From assembly GCA_050253415.1 (NCBI GenBank), contig JBFWJC010000001.1:1256679-1320678 (forward strand): 64,000 nt of DNA. The letters are read 5' to 3'. The notes beneath the pieces are model-generated. The model saw only the letters and a program-made list of their open reading frames with translations. It was not told the DNA's origin and searched no databases. Position numbers and translations under genes: made by a program. Below are positions 53,145 through 64,000 of the stretch, in pieces. How positions within the stretch are numbered: the first letter of the stretch is position 1; every line of letters begins with the position of its first letter. This DNA comes from Pedobacter sp. (GTDB taxonomy: Bacteria > Desulfobacterota > Desulfuromonadia > Desulfuromonadales > Syntrophotaleaceae).

Positions 53145-53465
53145 ATGTCGTATTGCAGATCCTTCATGGTGGTTTTTACCTTTTGTTTCATGGTCCTCAG
53201 TCCCGGCGCTGCCTCGGCGATGCGTTGTGGGAGCCAAATAGTCAGTAAAGGTGACACCAAGGCAGAGGTGCTGGCAAAGTGCGGTCAGCCATTGTTGCGG
53301 GAATATATTGGCAAAGACGCAGAATTTAAAGATGGCTACGATACTTATAGTGAGCGTATTGTGGAGGAATGGACTTACAATTTCGGCCCGAGGAAATTCA
53401 TGCAGATCCTTCGTTTCCGAGGTAGTACGCTTATCCAAATTATAAATGGTGACAAGGGGTTTTAG
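53145..53465 (+). CDS. Exported DUF2845-like protein
   Basis: Signal peptide, MRCG..IVS.GD....V..KCG.P and EEWTYNFGP. Confidence 0.8.
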   Translation: MSYCRSFMVVFTFCFMVLSPGAASAMRCGSQIVSKGDTKAEVLAKCGQPLLREYIGKDAEFKDGYDTYSERIVEEWTYNFGPRKFMQILRFRGSTLIQIINGDKGF

Positions 53466-53785
53466 TATGATCATAAGTCGTCACCTCTCGGGAGGGTGAG
53501 GCGATTCCGGAGTTTTCACCTTGTTCTGCTCAAGACTCAGCATTTCATTGGTGGCCATTGCGCTACATCCGGCCCTTTAGGAATGGAAATTTCAAAGTTG
53601 ACTATGCTGGCTCTTTTGCCATAATTCCCTTGGCCCTTAAAAAATGTGCCGCTGAAAATACAAAGCCCCCGGAAGCAATAGTGCTCCGGGGGCTTTGTAT
53701 TTATTGTGTGATGAAAAAATATGCGCAGTTGTGTTTAGTGCGAAATAAAAACGGGTTACGAAATAATCCGTAACCCGTTGATTTT

Positions 53786-53861
<76 letters not shown>

Positions 53862-53960
53862 GTGTGTTGTGGAGCCGTTTATAACAAAAGCCTTCGAGTG
53901 GTGTCAACAGGTTTTTTCGTATGAGACCTTTTTTGATGAGGTGGTATGGAGAACCTTGTT

Positions 53961-55247
53961 TTAATAGCACAGGCTTATAAGCGACAGGATAGCAGCGCCT
54001 GCCAGAAAGGGGTCGCATTGACGCCATTTGCCAAGCGCTATCTTGATCAATACGTAAGACAGAAATCCGAAGGCCAACCCGGTGGAAATGGAGTAGGACA
54101 ACGGCATGAAGACGATGGTGAAAAATGCCGGTGCGCCTTCCTCGAAATCGTAAAAATCGATTTTCCCCATGCCGCGCGTCATGAACACGCCGACCATGAT
54201 CAGCGCGGGAGCTGTGGCGCAAGGGGGGACGGTACCTACCAGGGGGGCGAAAAAGGCGGACAGGATAAACAGTATCCCTGTGACGGCTCCGGTCAGTCCG
54301 GTGCGGCCGCCGTCGGAGACGCCGCTGGCCGATTCCAGGAAGGCGGTGGTGGTACTGGTGCCGAGCAGTGCCCCGCCTACCGTGGCCAGGGCGTCGGCGG
54401 TCAACATGCGCGGCAGGCCCGGGATCTTGCCATCCTCTTTGACCATACCGGCTTCCTGGCACACTGCCAGCAAGGTGCCGAGGCTGTCGAACAGATCCAT
54501 GAACATGAAGGTGAAGATGGCGGCCCAGAAAGACAGGTTCAAGGCACCGAGGATGTCGAGCTTGAAGGCGATGGGGGCCGGGGAGGGCGGCAGGGAGACC
54601 AGGGCTTGCGGCAGGTTGGTTTCGCCGCTGCAGATGGCCAGCACCGTTACGGTTAGGATGGAGAATAAAAGGGCACCTCGCACTTTGCGGATCTCCAGCA
54701 GGATGGCAAGCAGCAGGCCAATGAGGCCGAGCAGCGCAGGTCGGGTAATGGGGCCGAGGCTGACGAGGGTGGCGGGGTTGTCGATGATCAGCCCGAGGTT
54801 CTGCAGACCGATGAAGGCGATGAACAGACCGATGCCGACGGCGGTGGCCTGTTGCAAGGATACGGGGATGGCTTTCAGCACCCGTTCGCGGAACCCGAGC
54901 CAGGTCAGAACCAGAAAGAAGATGCCGGACAAAAACACAATGCCGAGGGCGGTCTGCCAGGGCAGCTTCTGGTTGATGACCAATGTGTAGGTGAAAAAGG
55001 CGTTGAGCCCCATGCCCGGCGCCAGCATGATCGGAACATTGGCCCACAGTGCCATGAGCAGGGTGGCCAGACCGGCCACCAGGCAGGTGACGGTGGTCAG
55101 GGCTCCTTTATCCATGCCCGTTGCAGCCAGCATGTCGGGGTGAACGAAGATAATGTAGGCGGCGGCCAGAAAAGTGGTGATCCCGGCGATGATTTCATTG
55201 CGCAGGCAGGTGCCATGCTCTTTGAGGTGGAAAAAACGTTCCAGCAT
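53961..55247 (-). CDS. NCS2/AzgA-family purine permease
   Basis: AGITTF, APGMGLNAFF, DLFDSLGTL, ESASGV..GGRTGLT and ATAPAL. Confidence 0.92.
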   Translation of the reverse strand: MLERFFHLKEHGTCLRNEIIAGITTFLAAAYIIFVHPDMLAATGMDKGALTTVTCLVAGLATLLMALWANVPIMLAPGMGLNAFFTYTLVINQKLPWQTALGIVFLSGIFFLVLTWLGFRERVLKAIPVSLQQATAVGIGLFIAFIGLQNLGLIIDNPATLVSLGPITRPALLGLIGLLLAILLEIRKVRGALLFSILTVTVLAICSGETNLPQALVSLPPSPAPIAFKLDILGALNLSFWAAIFTFMFMDLFDSLGTLLAVCQEAGMVKEDGKIPGLPRMLTADALATVGGALLGTSTTTAFLESASGVSDGGRTGLTGAVTGILFILSAFFAPLVGTVPPCATAPALIMVGVFMTRGMGKIDFYDFEEGAPAFFTIVFMPLSYSISTGLAFGFLSYVLIKIALGKWRQCDPFLAGAAILSLISLCY

Positions 55248-55320
55248 GCGGGGCTCCTTGAGGAATGCTTAATATTTGTGAAAAATATTTTTTATCACAT
55301 TCCCCAAGGAGGTTGCACTC

Positions 55321-55390
55321 AGTTTGTGTTTGGAGAGTCGTTTCAAGTCCGTTTTAGTTTGTGTTTGGAGAGTCGTTTCAAGTCCGTTTT
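55321..55390. repeat. Perfect 35-bp tandem duplication
   Basis: AGTTTGTGTTTGGAGAGTCGTTTCAAGTCCGTTTT occurs twice back to back. Confidence 0.95.
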
Positions 55391-55745
55391 ATTGTGCAGG
55401 ACTTTGCGGCCGGAACATGGTTAACAGCATCTTCATGTCTGTGCTGGCGCGCACCGCGTGGGGGACGTCGGCCGGCATTACAACGAGACTGCCGGCATCC
55501 GCGATTACAGTTTGTCCGCCGATGGTGATTTCGGCCTGACCCGTCAGGACCTGAACAAAGGCATCGAAGGGGGCGCTGTGCTCGGACAGGGCCTGCTCGG
55601 CGGCAAAGGCGAACAGGGTCAGGGTTCCGACCGGAGTCTGGGTCAGGGTGCGACTGACGATGGCGCCGGGTTGTACGATAACCAGTTCAGCCATGGGATG
55701 GGCGATAGCGGGAGTAAGGGTGCCACTGGCAGGGTGTTTTTCCAT
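55389..55745 (-). CDS. Cupin domain protein
   Basis: IVSRTL, TLFAF, LSEHSAP.DA and MPADVPHAV. Confidence 0.88.
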   Translation of the reverse strand: MEKHPASGTLTPAIAHPMAELVIVQPGAIVSRTLTQTPVGTLTLFAFAAEQALSEHSAPFDAFVQVLTGQAEITIGGQTVIADAGSLVVMPADVPHAVRASTDMKMLLTMFRPQSPAQ

Positions 55746-55926
55746 GTCGAATCTCCTGTAGCATGAGGTGATTGAGTCGTTTGGCTCAGGTCAATCCTTG
55801 CATACTGCTTGGGCATGGAGCCTTGATGTCCGTCAAGTATAGATGGTTTTATAAGAAAAACGGGGTTCATCTCTGGTGAGAAGAACCCCGTTTTTATACT
55901 GAATAGATATGTCGCGATTTCAGACG

Positions 55927-56400
55927 CTAGTCCTGCCTGGTCAGGCGTTCGATGTCGAGCAAAATTTTTACCGAATCCTGCATCTTGCCGATGCCGCTCA
56001 CGTAGCGCCCGGACTGCGAATGGCTGGTAGCCGGTGGTGGCTCGACCTGGCTTTCATTGATGTCGGCTACTTCATTGACGTGATCGACCACCAGGCCCAT
56101 GGCGGACCCATCAATATCCACCACCACAATGCAGGTCCGTTCGTCATAGTCACGTGCCGGTAGGCCGAAACGGGCGCGGACATCCATGACCGGGATGACC
56201 TTGCCACGCAGATTGATGACACCTTTAATGTACGGTGGCAGATTAGGTACTTTGGTGATTTTCTGAATGCCGATAATTTCAATGACGTACCTGATCTCGA
56301 TGCCGTAATCTTCTTCGGCCAGAGAAAAGGTAAGAAACTTGTCTTTTAATGTATCTTCGTTCTGGGTGCCAAACCCGGTTTCATCGAGGAGTTGGGCCAT
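55927..56400 (-). CDS. cheW: Chemotaxis coupling protein CheW
   Basis: FLTFSL..E.YGI, GVINLRGKVIPV and GLVVD.V. Confidence 0.93.
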   Translation of the reverse strand: MAQLLDETGFGTQNEDTLKDKFLTFSLAEEDYGIEIRYVIEIIGIQKITKVPNLPPYIKGVINLRGKVIPVMDVRARFGLPARDYDERTCIVVVDIDGSAMGLVVDHVNEVADINESQVEPPPATSHSQSGRYVSGIGKMQDSVKILLDIERLTRQD

Positions 56401-56736
56401 TGATTAACCTCCGTTTCGGACTGAGTTGCAGGCCGAGGCGTTAGGTGCTTACTTGTTGCCTCCGGTAAATGCCCTGGCAAAGCCACCTTGATTTAAGTGA
56501 TCATTGAACATTATGCAGCTAATTATTATTTTCGGTGTAATTTGTCAAGGTTTACCTTGGTTCGGAATCCTCTTGGAGGAACCCGGGCTGGCTTATTTAA
56601 AGGGTAGTGGGTGAGGAACCGATCGGTAGAAACAATTGTGTTTTTTTTGTTTGCTTTATGCTTGACAAGGTTGAAGCCTTTGGTTTATATAAGAGCCCAC
56701 TTGAGGGGGGAAACCCCTGGGGTACCGTTAAAACAA

Positions 56737-56813
56737 GGCGGTGTAGCTCAGTTGGTTAGAGCATGCGGCTCATATCCGCAGTGTCCGGAGTTCGAATCTC
56801 TGCACCGCCACCA
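56737..56813 (+). tRNA. tRNA with CAU anticodon, probably elongator tRNA-Met
   Basis: GGCGGTGTAGCTCAG...TGCGG-CTCATAT-CCGCA...GTTCGAATC...CACCGCCACCA. G1-C72 is paired, so it is not the initiator. Confidence 0.93.
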
Positions 56814-56883
56814 TCATAGAAGACCCTCCTGGATGCCAGCGAGGGTCTTTTCCTTTTTGAGCTGCCGGAGGTCTTGAAGATCA

Positions 56884-58260
56884 ATGCAGGCTCTATTTAA
56901 TCATGTCCTTGTCAAGCAGGCCCGGGTCGAGCCGGGTGACCGGATTCTTGTGGCGTTATCGGGTGGCGCGGACTCGGTAGTGCTGCTCGATCTATTGCTG
57001 AAGGCTGCCGAGGTGCTGAAGATTGAGGTGCGCGCGGCGCATCTCGACCATGGCATGCGAGCGGAAAGTGCTGATGACGCACATTTCGTTCAGGATTTTT
57101 GTCTCCAACGCAAGGTTTCTCTGAACGTTGATCGCCGGGATATCCCGGGGCTGGCTTTGGCCCGCAAGCAGGGGTTGGAAGAGGCTGCCAGGGACGAGCG
57201 ACGGGCCTATCTGCAGGACACAGCCCGGCTGTTTGGCTGTAATCTCATTGCTCTGGGGCACCACCGCGATGATCAGGCCGAAACCTTTTTGCACCGTTTG
57301 TTGCGCGGCAGCGGTCTGTCCGGTCTTGCCGGTATGCGGTTGCGCACAGATCCCTTCATTCGGCCGTTATTGCCGTTTTCCCGCACGCAAATTCTCCAAT
57401 ACCTGGCCGATCATAGGCTTCCCCACGTCGAAGACCTGAGTAACGCCGATACCACCTTTACACGTAACCGCCTTCGGCACGATCTGCTGCCTCATTTGCG
57501 CAAGTTTAATCCCCGTATTGATGAGCATCTGGCGCGTCTCAGCCAACGTATTGCCCTTGAGGAAGAATACTGGGACCTGCAGGTTTCCATGCAGCTGGAT
57601 TCTCTCTGCCAGGAGCACGATGATGGTTTGTGGCTGCCTCGGGAAGAGTTGCGGAACTTGCATCCCGCACTTCGGGCGCGAGTGCTGCGTGCCGCTCTGG
57701 AGCGGTTGCGCGGTGACCTGCGTGGCATCGGGGCGCAACATCTTGGAGCTCTCGAAGATCTGTTGGCCGGTCCTCGGCCTGAGGCTGAAGTGCATCTGCC
57801 GGGAGCTTGGGTGGCGCGTCGATACCAGAAACTGTGGCTGCGTACCGAAGCGCCGCGTGTCGCCGGGAGCTTTGCTGTTGCGGTGCCTGGCCCGGGGGTG
57901 TACGATCTCCCAGGCGGTGGCCGGCTGCTGGTTTCCCTGGAAGATGGTTGTGCGGGGGAGGATGCCTGGAGTGTTGAGTTCGATGCCGCTTCAGTGGCAT
58001 TCCCCTTGATGGTACGATCCTTTGTTCCGGGTGACAGGTTTTATCCAAGCGGTGCGCCGGGTCATCGAAAACTTAAAGATTTTTTTATCGATATCAAGCT
58101 GGAAAGAGAATTGCGCCGCGCATGGCCTTTGGTGGTGGCCGATGAAATCCTGTGGCTTCCGGGGTTGCGCCGCTGTCACGGACGCCATCCGCAACAAGCT
58201 GGCGGCCAGGTGTTGAGACTGGTCGTTTCCGGCATGCATCGGGGCAATCAAAGCTTGTGA
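56884..58260 (+). CDS. tilS: tRNA(Ile)-lysidine synthetase
   Basis: SGGADS PP-loop, HLDHGMR, HHRDDQAET, RPLL and RNRLR. Confidence 0.96.
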   Translation: MQALFNHVLVKQARVEPGDRILVALSGGADSVVLLDLLLKAAEVLKIEVRAAHLDHGMRAESADDAHFVQDFCLQRKVSLNVDRRDIPGLALARKQGLEEAARDERRAYLQDTARLFGCNLIALGHHRDDQAETFLHRLLRGSGLSGLAGMRLRTDPFIRPLLPFSRTQILQYLADHRLPHVEDLSNADTTFTRNRLRHDLLPHLRKFNPRIDEHLARLSQRIALEEEYWDLQVSMQLDSLCQEHDDGLWLPREELRNLHPALRARVLRAALERLRGDLRGIGAQHLGALEDLLAGPRPEAEVHLPGAWVARRYQKLWLRTEAPRVAGSFAVAVPGPGVYDLPGGGRLLVSLEDGCAGEDAWSVEFDAASVAFPLMVRSFVPGDRFYPSGAPGHRKLKDFFIDIKLERELRRAWPLVVADEILWLPGLRRCHGRHPQQAGGQVLRLVVSGMHRGNQSL

Positions 58261-58356
58261 ACCTAAAGGGATTATGATAAATTTCGAAAACATTTCAGCG
58301 GTTTTGGCCTTATTCTGGCAAGGCGGGGTTTCGGCCGCGCATAGTAAGGGGGAATA

Positions 58357-60207
58357 GTGAATCCGATCTACAAAAATCTGGCACTTTGGTTGGTTATCTT
58401 GTTGGTCATGCTGACGTTGTTTAATCTTATGACCAGCCATAAGGATGAGCCGAAAGCCATATCTTATACGGCCTTTTTGGATGCCGTGGACGAAGGATCC
58501 GTTCAGGAGGTCATGCTGGAAGGTCCCAATATCGAAGGCAAGGACCGTGACGGTACTGCTTTTAAAACCTTTGCGCCCAATGATCCGAGCCTGGTCGAGA
58601 CGCTGCGTGGCAAGGGGGTAACGATTCAGGCGAAACCCGAGGAAGACCGTAGCTTCTGGATGACGATGTTGTTCTACTGGGGGCCGATCATTCTGTTTGT
58701 CGGCGTTTGGATATTCTTTATCCGTCAGATGCAGTCGAGTGGCGGCAAGGCCATGAGCTTTGGCAAGAGTAAGGCAAGATTGTTGTCCGAATCCGGCAAT
58801 CAGGTGACTTTCAAGGATGTTGCCGGTATCGATGAAGCCAAGGATGAATTGCAGGAGATCGTCGCCTTTCTTAAAGATCCCAAAAAGTTTTCCCGCCTTG
58901 GCGGCCGCATACCCAAAGGTGTTCTGCTGATCGGGCCTCCGGGTACGGGTAAAACCTTGCTCGGGCGCGCCATTGCCGGAGAGGCCGGGGTGCCGTTTTT
59001 TTCCATTTCCGGATCCGATTTCGTCGAGATGTTTGTCGGTGTCGGCGCCAGCCGGGTTCGCGACCTGTTTCTGCAGGGAAAGAAAAATGCACCCTGCATC
59101 ATCTTTATCGATGAGATCGATGCTGTCGGTCGCCATCGTGGTGCCGGCCTGGGAGGCGGACACGATGAGCGTGAACAAACTCTGAATCAGTTGCTGGTGG
59201 AGATGGATGGTTTCGAGTCCAACGAGGGCGTTATCCTTATCGCCGCCACCAACCGTCCCGATGTGCTTGACCCGGCGCTGCTGAGACCCGGCCGGTTTGA
59301 CCGCCAAGTGGTGGTGCCGCGCCCGGATATTAAAGGGCGCGCCATGATTCTGGATGTGCATGCACGCAAGGTTCCGCTTGGTGACGATGTAAAACTTGAA
59401 GTTGTGGCCAAGGGAACCCCTGGTTTTTCAGGTGCCGATCTTGCCAACCTGATCAATGAAGCCGCGTTGCTTGCCGCTCGCAGGAACAAGGATCAGGTGG
59501 ACATGCATGATCTGGAGGAGGCTAAAGACAAGGTTCTGATGGGAGCCGAACGGCGTTCGCTGGTGATTACCGAGAAAGAAAAGCGGGTTACCGCTTATCA
59601 TGAGGCGGGCCATGCAGTCGTGCCCTTGTTCTTGCCGGAAGCTGATCCGGTGCACAAGGTGTCGATTATTCCCCGTGGGCGGGCTCTCGGCGTGACCATG
59701 TTTCTGCCGGAAGAAGAAAAATACAACCAGTCTCGGAGCGGTCTGGAAACGGCTATCTGTGGTTTGCTTGCCGGGCGCGTGGCCGAAGAGTTGGTGTTTG
59801 GTGAAATTACCAGCGGTGCCAGCAACGACATTGAGCGGGCCACCCACATCGCACGCAAAATGGTATGCGAATGGGGTATGAGCGACAAGATCGGGCCGTT
59901 GGCTTTTGGTGAAAAGGAAGCCGAAGTCTTCCTTGGTCGCGATCTGGGCCATGCCCGTAATTACAGTGAAACGACCGCCGTGGAGATCGATAGCGAGATC
60001 CGGCGTATCGTTCAGGAGAGTTATGAGAAGGCTCGGCATATCCTTGAATCGCATCGCGATGGGCTGGTACGTGTCGCTGAAGCCTTGTTGGAGCTTGAAA
60101 CTATCGATGGGGAAGAAGTTCGCCGCATGATTATCGGTGGCGGTGAGCAACCTGCCGGTACAGTAAATGCCCAAAGTTCGGATGATGCCACTACGGTTGA
60201 GGTCTGA
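58357..60207 (+). CDS. ftsH: ATP-dependent zinc metalloprotease FtsH
   Basis: Two TM helices, [16 protein letters not shown] and HEAGH. Confidence 0.98.
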   Translation: MNPIYKNLALWLVILLVMLTLFNLMTSHKDEPKAISYTAFLDAVDEGSVQEVMLEGPNIEGKDRDGTAFKTFAPNDPSLVETLRGKGVTIQAKPEEDRSFWMTMLFYWGPIILFVGVWIFFIRQMQSSGGKAMSFGKSKARLLSESGNQVTFKDVAGIDEAKDELQEIVAFLKDPKKFSRLGGRIPKGVLLIGPPGTGKTLLGRAIAGEAGVPFFSISGSDFVEMFVGVGASRVRDLFLQGKKNAPCIIFIDEIDAVGRHRGAGLGGGHDEREQTLNQLLVEMDGFESNEGVILIAATNRPDVLDPALLRPGRFDRQVVVPRPDIKGRAMILDVHARKVPLGDDVKLEVVAKGTPGFSGADLANLINEAALLAARRNKDQVDMHDLEEAKDKVLMGAERRSLVITEKEKRVTAYHEAGHAVVPLFLPEADPVHKVSIIPRGRALGVTMFLPEEEKYNQSRSGLETAICGLLAGRVAEELVFGEITSGASNDIERATHIARKMVCEWGMSDKIGPLAFGEKEAEVFLGRDLGHARNYSETTAVEIDSEIRRIVQESYEKARHILESHRDGLVRVAEALLELETIDGEEVRRMIIGGGEQPAGTVNAQSSDDATTVEV

Positions 60208-60244
60208 TGATTCGGCAACACGCGATTTTCTTCAAGGTCTATCC

Positions 60245-61180
60245 ATGAGCAGTCAAACCGATTCTGCTATTTCGTCAGAGTTGAGTACCGACTGGTCGTG
60301 CAGATGCTGGGGCAACCCCGAGTCGGCAAGTCTGCCGTTGACCTTGCAGGGGCGCAGTTGTTGTCTCGATTTGCGGCGGCCTGCAATCATGGGAATTCTC
60401 AACGTCACGCCCGATTCTTTCTTTTCCGGAAGTCGTGCCGGGTCTGTTGAGGATGCCCTGGGCCGCGCACGGCGCATGCTGGACGAAGGCGCCGATGTTA
60501 TTGATATTGGTGGTGAAAGTACTCGTCCGGGGGCAACCCTGGTGGGAGAGCAGGAAGAACTCGATCGGGTTGTGCCGGTGATCGAAGCTCTTGCGGCTGA
60601 ACTACCCTGTCCTTTATCCATCGATACCAACAAGAGCGCGGTGGCGCGCGCGGCGGTAGCCGCCGGTGCCGAGTTTGTTAACGATATCAGCGGTTTTACC
60701 TTTGACTCGGCTATGGCCGATACGGTTGCTGCTTGCGGAGCAGGGGCTTTTCTGATGCATACCCGCGGCAAGCCTGTAAGGATGCAGGATAATACCGCTT
60801 ACAATGACCTTCTGGCGGAGGTCATGGGCTATCTTCAAACAGCCGTGAAGCAGGCTGAATCAGCCGGTATTCCGCGCTGCAAATTAGCCATCGACCCCGG
60901 GATCGGTTTTGGTAAGGACCTTTTAGGAAACCTGGAAATCCTTTGTCGGTTGCGGGAGTTGCATGCTTTGGGGTTGCCCGTGCTGCTTGGTACATCGCGA
61001 AAAGGTTTCGTCGGTCAGATCGTCGGTCAATCCGACCCGGCCGAGCGTCTCAACGGCACCCTGGCTACTGTGGCTCTCGGAGTGGCGTGCGGGGCACAGA
61101 TTTTTCGGGTACACGACGTGCGCCCGGCTCGAGAAGCGGCACTCATGGCATGGGCTGTGGTGCATCGCCAGCGCCCTTAA
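60245..61180 (+). CDS. folP: Dihydropteroate synthase (start codon uncertain)
   Basis: MGILNVTPDSF, GGESTRPG, DPGIGFGK, SRK and RVHDV. Confidence 0.95.
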   Translation: MSSQTDSAISSELSTDWSCRCWGNPESASLPLTLQGRSCCLDLRRPAIMGILNVTPDSFFSGSRAGSVEDALGRARRMLDEGADVIDIGGESTRPGATLVGEQEELDRVVPVIEALAAELPCPLSIDTNKSAVARAAVAAGAEFVNDISGFTFDSAMADTVAACGAGAFLMHTRGKPVRMQDNTAYNDLLAEVMGYLQTAVKQAESAGIPRCKLAIDPGIGFGKDLLGNLEILCRLRELHALGLPVLLGTSRKGFVGQIVGQSDPAERLNGTLATVALGVACGAQIFRVHDVRPAREAALMAWAVVHRQRP

Positions 61181-61209
61181 ATCCCGGATAACGAGCGGAT
61201 AACGATAAC

Positions 61210-61995
61210 ATGAGCGGATTTTTTGATTTCATTCAGAATTTCAGGTGGTTGCTTGATCCGCTCGATGTCGTTATTGTTGCTTTTATTATTTATCGCATCA
61301 TCCTCCTGATCAAGGGCACCCGAGCGGTTCAGATGCTGTTCGGACTGGCCGTGATCCTGATGGTTTACGTTGCATCCCAGGTCGCTGGACTCTACACGCT
61401 TCATTGGATCCTGGATAATTTTCTGTCATCCATTATCCTCGTAATCGTCGTGTTGTTTCAGAATGACATCCGCCGTGCCCTGATTCACGTAGGTGCCAAT
61501 CCGTTTTTTACCGATCTGTCGTATCGGGAAGAGAACGAGGTCATTTCCGAGCTGGTCAAGGCTTGTGTGAATATGGCCAACCGTCGGATCGGTGCTTTGC
61601 TGGTGGTCGAACGGGAGACCGGGATCAAGGACTTTCTTGAAGTCGGGACCGAAATCGACTCCAAAGTCACCAGCGATCTGATTACCTCGATTTTTTTGCC
61701 ATATTCACCTTTGCACGATGGTGCCCTGGTGGTACAGCAGGGGAGGTTGACGCGGGCCGGTTGCTTTTTACCCCTCTCCCAGAATCCGGATATCAGTAAA
61801 GCTCTTGGTACCCGTCACCGGGCCGCCATCGGCTTGACCGAACTGGTTGATGCTTTGGCCATTGTGGTTTCGGAGGAGACCGGTAAAATTTCCATCATAG
61901 TCGGTGGGCGTATCACCCGCGATCTCGATTCCACATCGTTAAGTCGGGTGCTGAAAAATCTTTTGGAACCGCGCACTCCCCGGAAGAATAAGTAA
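61210..61995 (+). CDS. cdaA: Diadenylate cyclase CdaA
   Basis: Three TM helices, PLHDGA and GTRHRAA. Confidence 0.94.
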   Translation: MSGFFDFIQNFRWLLDPLDVVIVAFIIYRIILLIKGTRAVQMLFGLAVILMVYVASQVAGLYTLHWILDNFLSSIILVIVVLFQNDIRRALIHVGANPFFTDLSYREENEVISELVKACVNMANRRIGALLVVERETGIKDFLEVGTEIDSKVTSDLITSIFLPYSPLHDGALVVQQGRLTRAGCFLPLSQNPDISKALGTRHRAAIGLTELVDALAIVVSEETGKISIIVGGRITRDLDSTSLSRVLKNLLEPRTPRKNK

Positions 61996-61997
61996 CC

Positions 61998-62654
61998 ATG
62001 TTTAAAATGTTGACGGAAAACTGGGCGCTGAAACTTTTGTCCCTGGTTTTCGCTCTGATCCTGTGGTTTTTTGTCATGGGCGAGCGCAAGCTGGAGCGGT
62101 CCTACGCCGTGCCGCTGGAGATGAAAAATGTCCCCAAGGCAATGATTGTCGCCAACGATGTCCCAAGCGAGGTAGCAGTGCGTATCAGCGGGCCGCGCAC
62201 TTTGCTGATGAATCTGCATGCCGAGGATTTACGCATTGTTATCGATCTGCAGGATCTCCCCCCCGGGTTAACTTCCTTTAAGCGTCTCGAAGAGCGGCTC
62301 AATATTCCGGCTCCCCTCAAGGTAACGCGACTGTCTCCATCCTATGTCGATGTCAAAATGGAGCGTGTTGCGGTTAAACGGGTGCCTGTCAAAGCGATTC
62401 TCAAAGGACGCCCGGCCGAAGGGTTCTGGGTCGAAAAGGTGAGCACTGTTCCTGAATCTGTTGTTGTTGAGGGGGCTGAGGGGGAATTATCCACCCTGCA
62501 GCAGGTTCAGACTTCACCTTTGAATATTGATGGGGCCAACCGCGATCTGAACGAGCTGATATCGCTTAATTATCGCGGCAAATTCACTTGGTTGAAAAAA
62601 CCTGAAAATGTTGAAATCAAGGTTACCATCGGGCATCGTCCCGAAGGTGTTTAG
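61998..62654 (+). CDS. CdaR/YbbR-like regulator
   Basis: NWALKLLSL.FA..LW anchor, YbbR-like domains, and position between cdaA and glmM. Confidence 0.85.
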   Translation: MFKMLTENWALKLLSLVFALILWFFVMGERKLERSYAVPLEMKNVPKAMIVANDVPSEVAVRISGPRTLLMNLHAEDLRIVIDLQDLPPGLTSFKRLEERLNIPAPLKVTRLSPSYVDVKMERVAVKRVPVKAILKGRPAEGFWVEKVSTVPESVVVEGAEGELSTLQQVQTSPLNIDGANRDLNELISLNYRGKFTWLKKPENVEIKVTIGHRPEGV

Positions 62655-62684
62655 CCGAATTCTTGCAGGAGACAGACTTTTAGC

Positions 62685-64000
62685 ATGAAAAAACGATTGT
62701 TCGGTACGGACGGTGTTCGCGGAGTTGCCAATATCTACCCCATGACTACTGAAATAGCCATGCAGCTTGGAAGGGCTGCGGCTTATATATTCAAGAAAGA
62801 TAATCCTCGGCGCCATCGGATTGTTATCGGCAAGGATACGCGTCTGTCAGGCTATATGATTGAAAATGCCCTGGTGGCAGGTATCTGTTCGATGGGGGTG
62901 GATGTGTTGCTGGTCGGGCCCCTGCCGACTCCCGGTATCGCATTTATCACGTCCTCCATGCGTGCCGATGCCGGTGTGGTCATTTCGGCTTCACACAATC
63001 CCTATCAGGATAACGGCATTAAGTTCTTCTCCGCAGACGGCTTTAAATTGCCGGATGAAACCGAGCTTGAAATCGAAAAATTGATTTTCGGCAACGAAAT
63101 CGATTCATTACGACCTGTGGCCGACGAGGTTGGTAAGGCCTTTCGCATTGATGATGCATGCGGCCGTTATATCGTGTTCTTGAAGAATTCGTTCCCCCAG
63201 CAACTCGACCTCAACGGTTTGAGAATCGTTCTTGATTGTGCCAACGGTGCAGCGTACAAAGTGGCTCCGGCGGTGCTTGAGGAACTTGGTGCCGAAGTTA
63301 TTCCGCTGGGGGTCAAACCAAACGGCTCGAACATCAATGCCGGTTGCGGTTCCCTGTATCCGGAAGTCATAGCCCGGGCGGTTAAAGAGCATGGCGCCCA
63401 TCTGGGGATGGCTTTGGATGGCGATGCGGATCGGGTGATCTTTGTTGATGAACAGGGCCGGGAAGTCGATGGCGATCAGATCATGGCGATATGCAGTCTC
63501 GACATGATGAAGCAGGGCAAACTGGCTCATAATACCCTGGTGGCTACCGTGATGAGTAATCTCGGTTTGGACATCGCCTTACGCGATGCCGGTGGCCGGG
63601 TTGTAAAAACGGCTGTCGGAGATCGCTACGTGGTGGAAGAAATGCGCCGTGGCGGTTACAATCTTGGTGGCGAACAGTCCGGACACATGATTTTTCTTGA
63701 CCACAATACCACCGGCGACGGCATGGTTTCGGCACTTCAATTACTTGCTATCATGCAACGTACCGGCAAGCCGCTGTCGGAACTGGCCAGTGTTATGACC
63801 ACTTTGCCGCAAGTGCTGCTCAATGTTCGTGTAGCCAGTCGCCAGGATATTAATATTGTTCCGGAAATTGCCCGTACCGTAACGGACGCCGAACAGAAAC
63901 TGGCGGATACCGGCCGGGTTCTTATTCGTTATTCCGGGACAGAGCCGCTGTTGCGTATTATGCTCGAGGGGCAGGACGAAAAGCAGATCACCGAATTGGC
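62685..64000 (+). CDS. glmM: Phosphoglucosamine mutase (runs off the window end)
   Basis: Manual translation gives [41 protein letters not shown] and RYSGTEP. Confidence 0.96.
   Translation, partial: MKKRLFGTDGVRGVANIYPMTTEIAMQLGRAAAYIFKKDNPRRHRIVIGKDTRLSGYMIENALVAGICSMGVDVLLVGPLPTPGIAFITSSMRADAGVVISASHNPYQDNGIKFFSADGFKLPDETELEIEKLIFGNEIDSLRPVADEVGKAFRIDDACGRYIVFLKNSFPQQLDLNGLRIVLDCANGAAYKVAPAVLEELGAEVIPLGVKPNGSNINAGCGSLYPEVIARAVKEHGAHLGMALDGDADRVIFVDEQGREVDGDQIMAICSLDMMKQGKLAHNTLVATVMSNLGLDIALRDAGGRVVKTAVGDRYVVEEMRRGGYNLGGEQSGHMIFLDHNTTGDGMVSALQLLAIMQRTGKPLSELASVMTTLPQVLLNVRVASRQDINIVPEIARTVTDAEQKLADTGRVLIRYSGTEPLLRIMLEGQDEKQITEL

Noticed and set aside
55321..55390. CRISPR array
   Set aside because: The two repeats abut with no spacer, and there are no cas genes in the window.
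61210..64000. cdaA-cdaR-glmM as a novel signalling system
   Set aside because: This is a well-known conserved operon.

Overview
This is a bacterial chromosome segment whose gene content points to Desulfuromonadales, most likely a Syntrophotalea/Pelobacter-like fermenter (inferred, not searched). Left part (1-17 kb): a choline trimethylamine-lyase locus with cutC and cutD but no microcompartment genes. It also carries a porin, a LicB-like DMT permease with a small wHTH partner, and a translationally coupled DeoR regulator plus APH/choline-kinase-like gene. Next to it are a TPR/DUF4037-like/DUF4125-like trio, a Mo/W storage-like protein and a tungstate-type ABC permease. A near-identical promoter/operator (TTGACAACAnAAACGAACAT) precedes cutC and both permease paralogues, and related sites lie at deoR and next to the TPR operon, which suggests one regulon. 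Middle (17-46 kb): a complete F1Fo ATP synthase operon with atpB-atpE placed last and palindromic repeats in its spacers, then pirin and an NdvB-like glucan synthase. These are followed by a decayed accessory block, the second permease operon, and an integrase-less island at tRNA-Leu(CAA) carrying a two-component pair and a trimeric autotransporter adhesin. Right part (46-64 kb): pabB/pabC, then a PocR-sensor kinase and NarL/LuxR regulator facing an ORF-less ~400-nt candidate sRNA with three anti-Shine-Dalgarno motifs. It ends with tRNA-Ala, tRNA-CAU and the housekeeping run tilS-ftsH-folP-cdaA-cdaR-glmM. All family assignments come from motif recognition by eye; no database searches were run.
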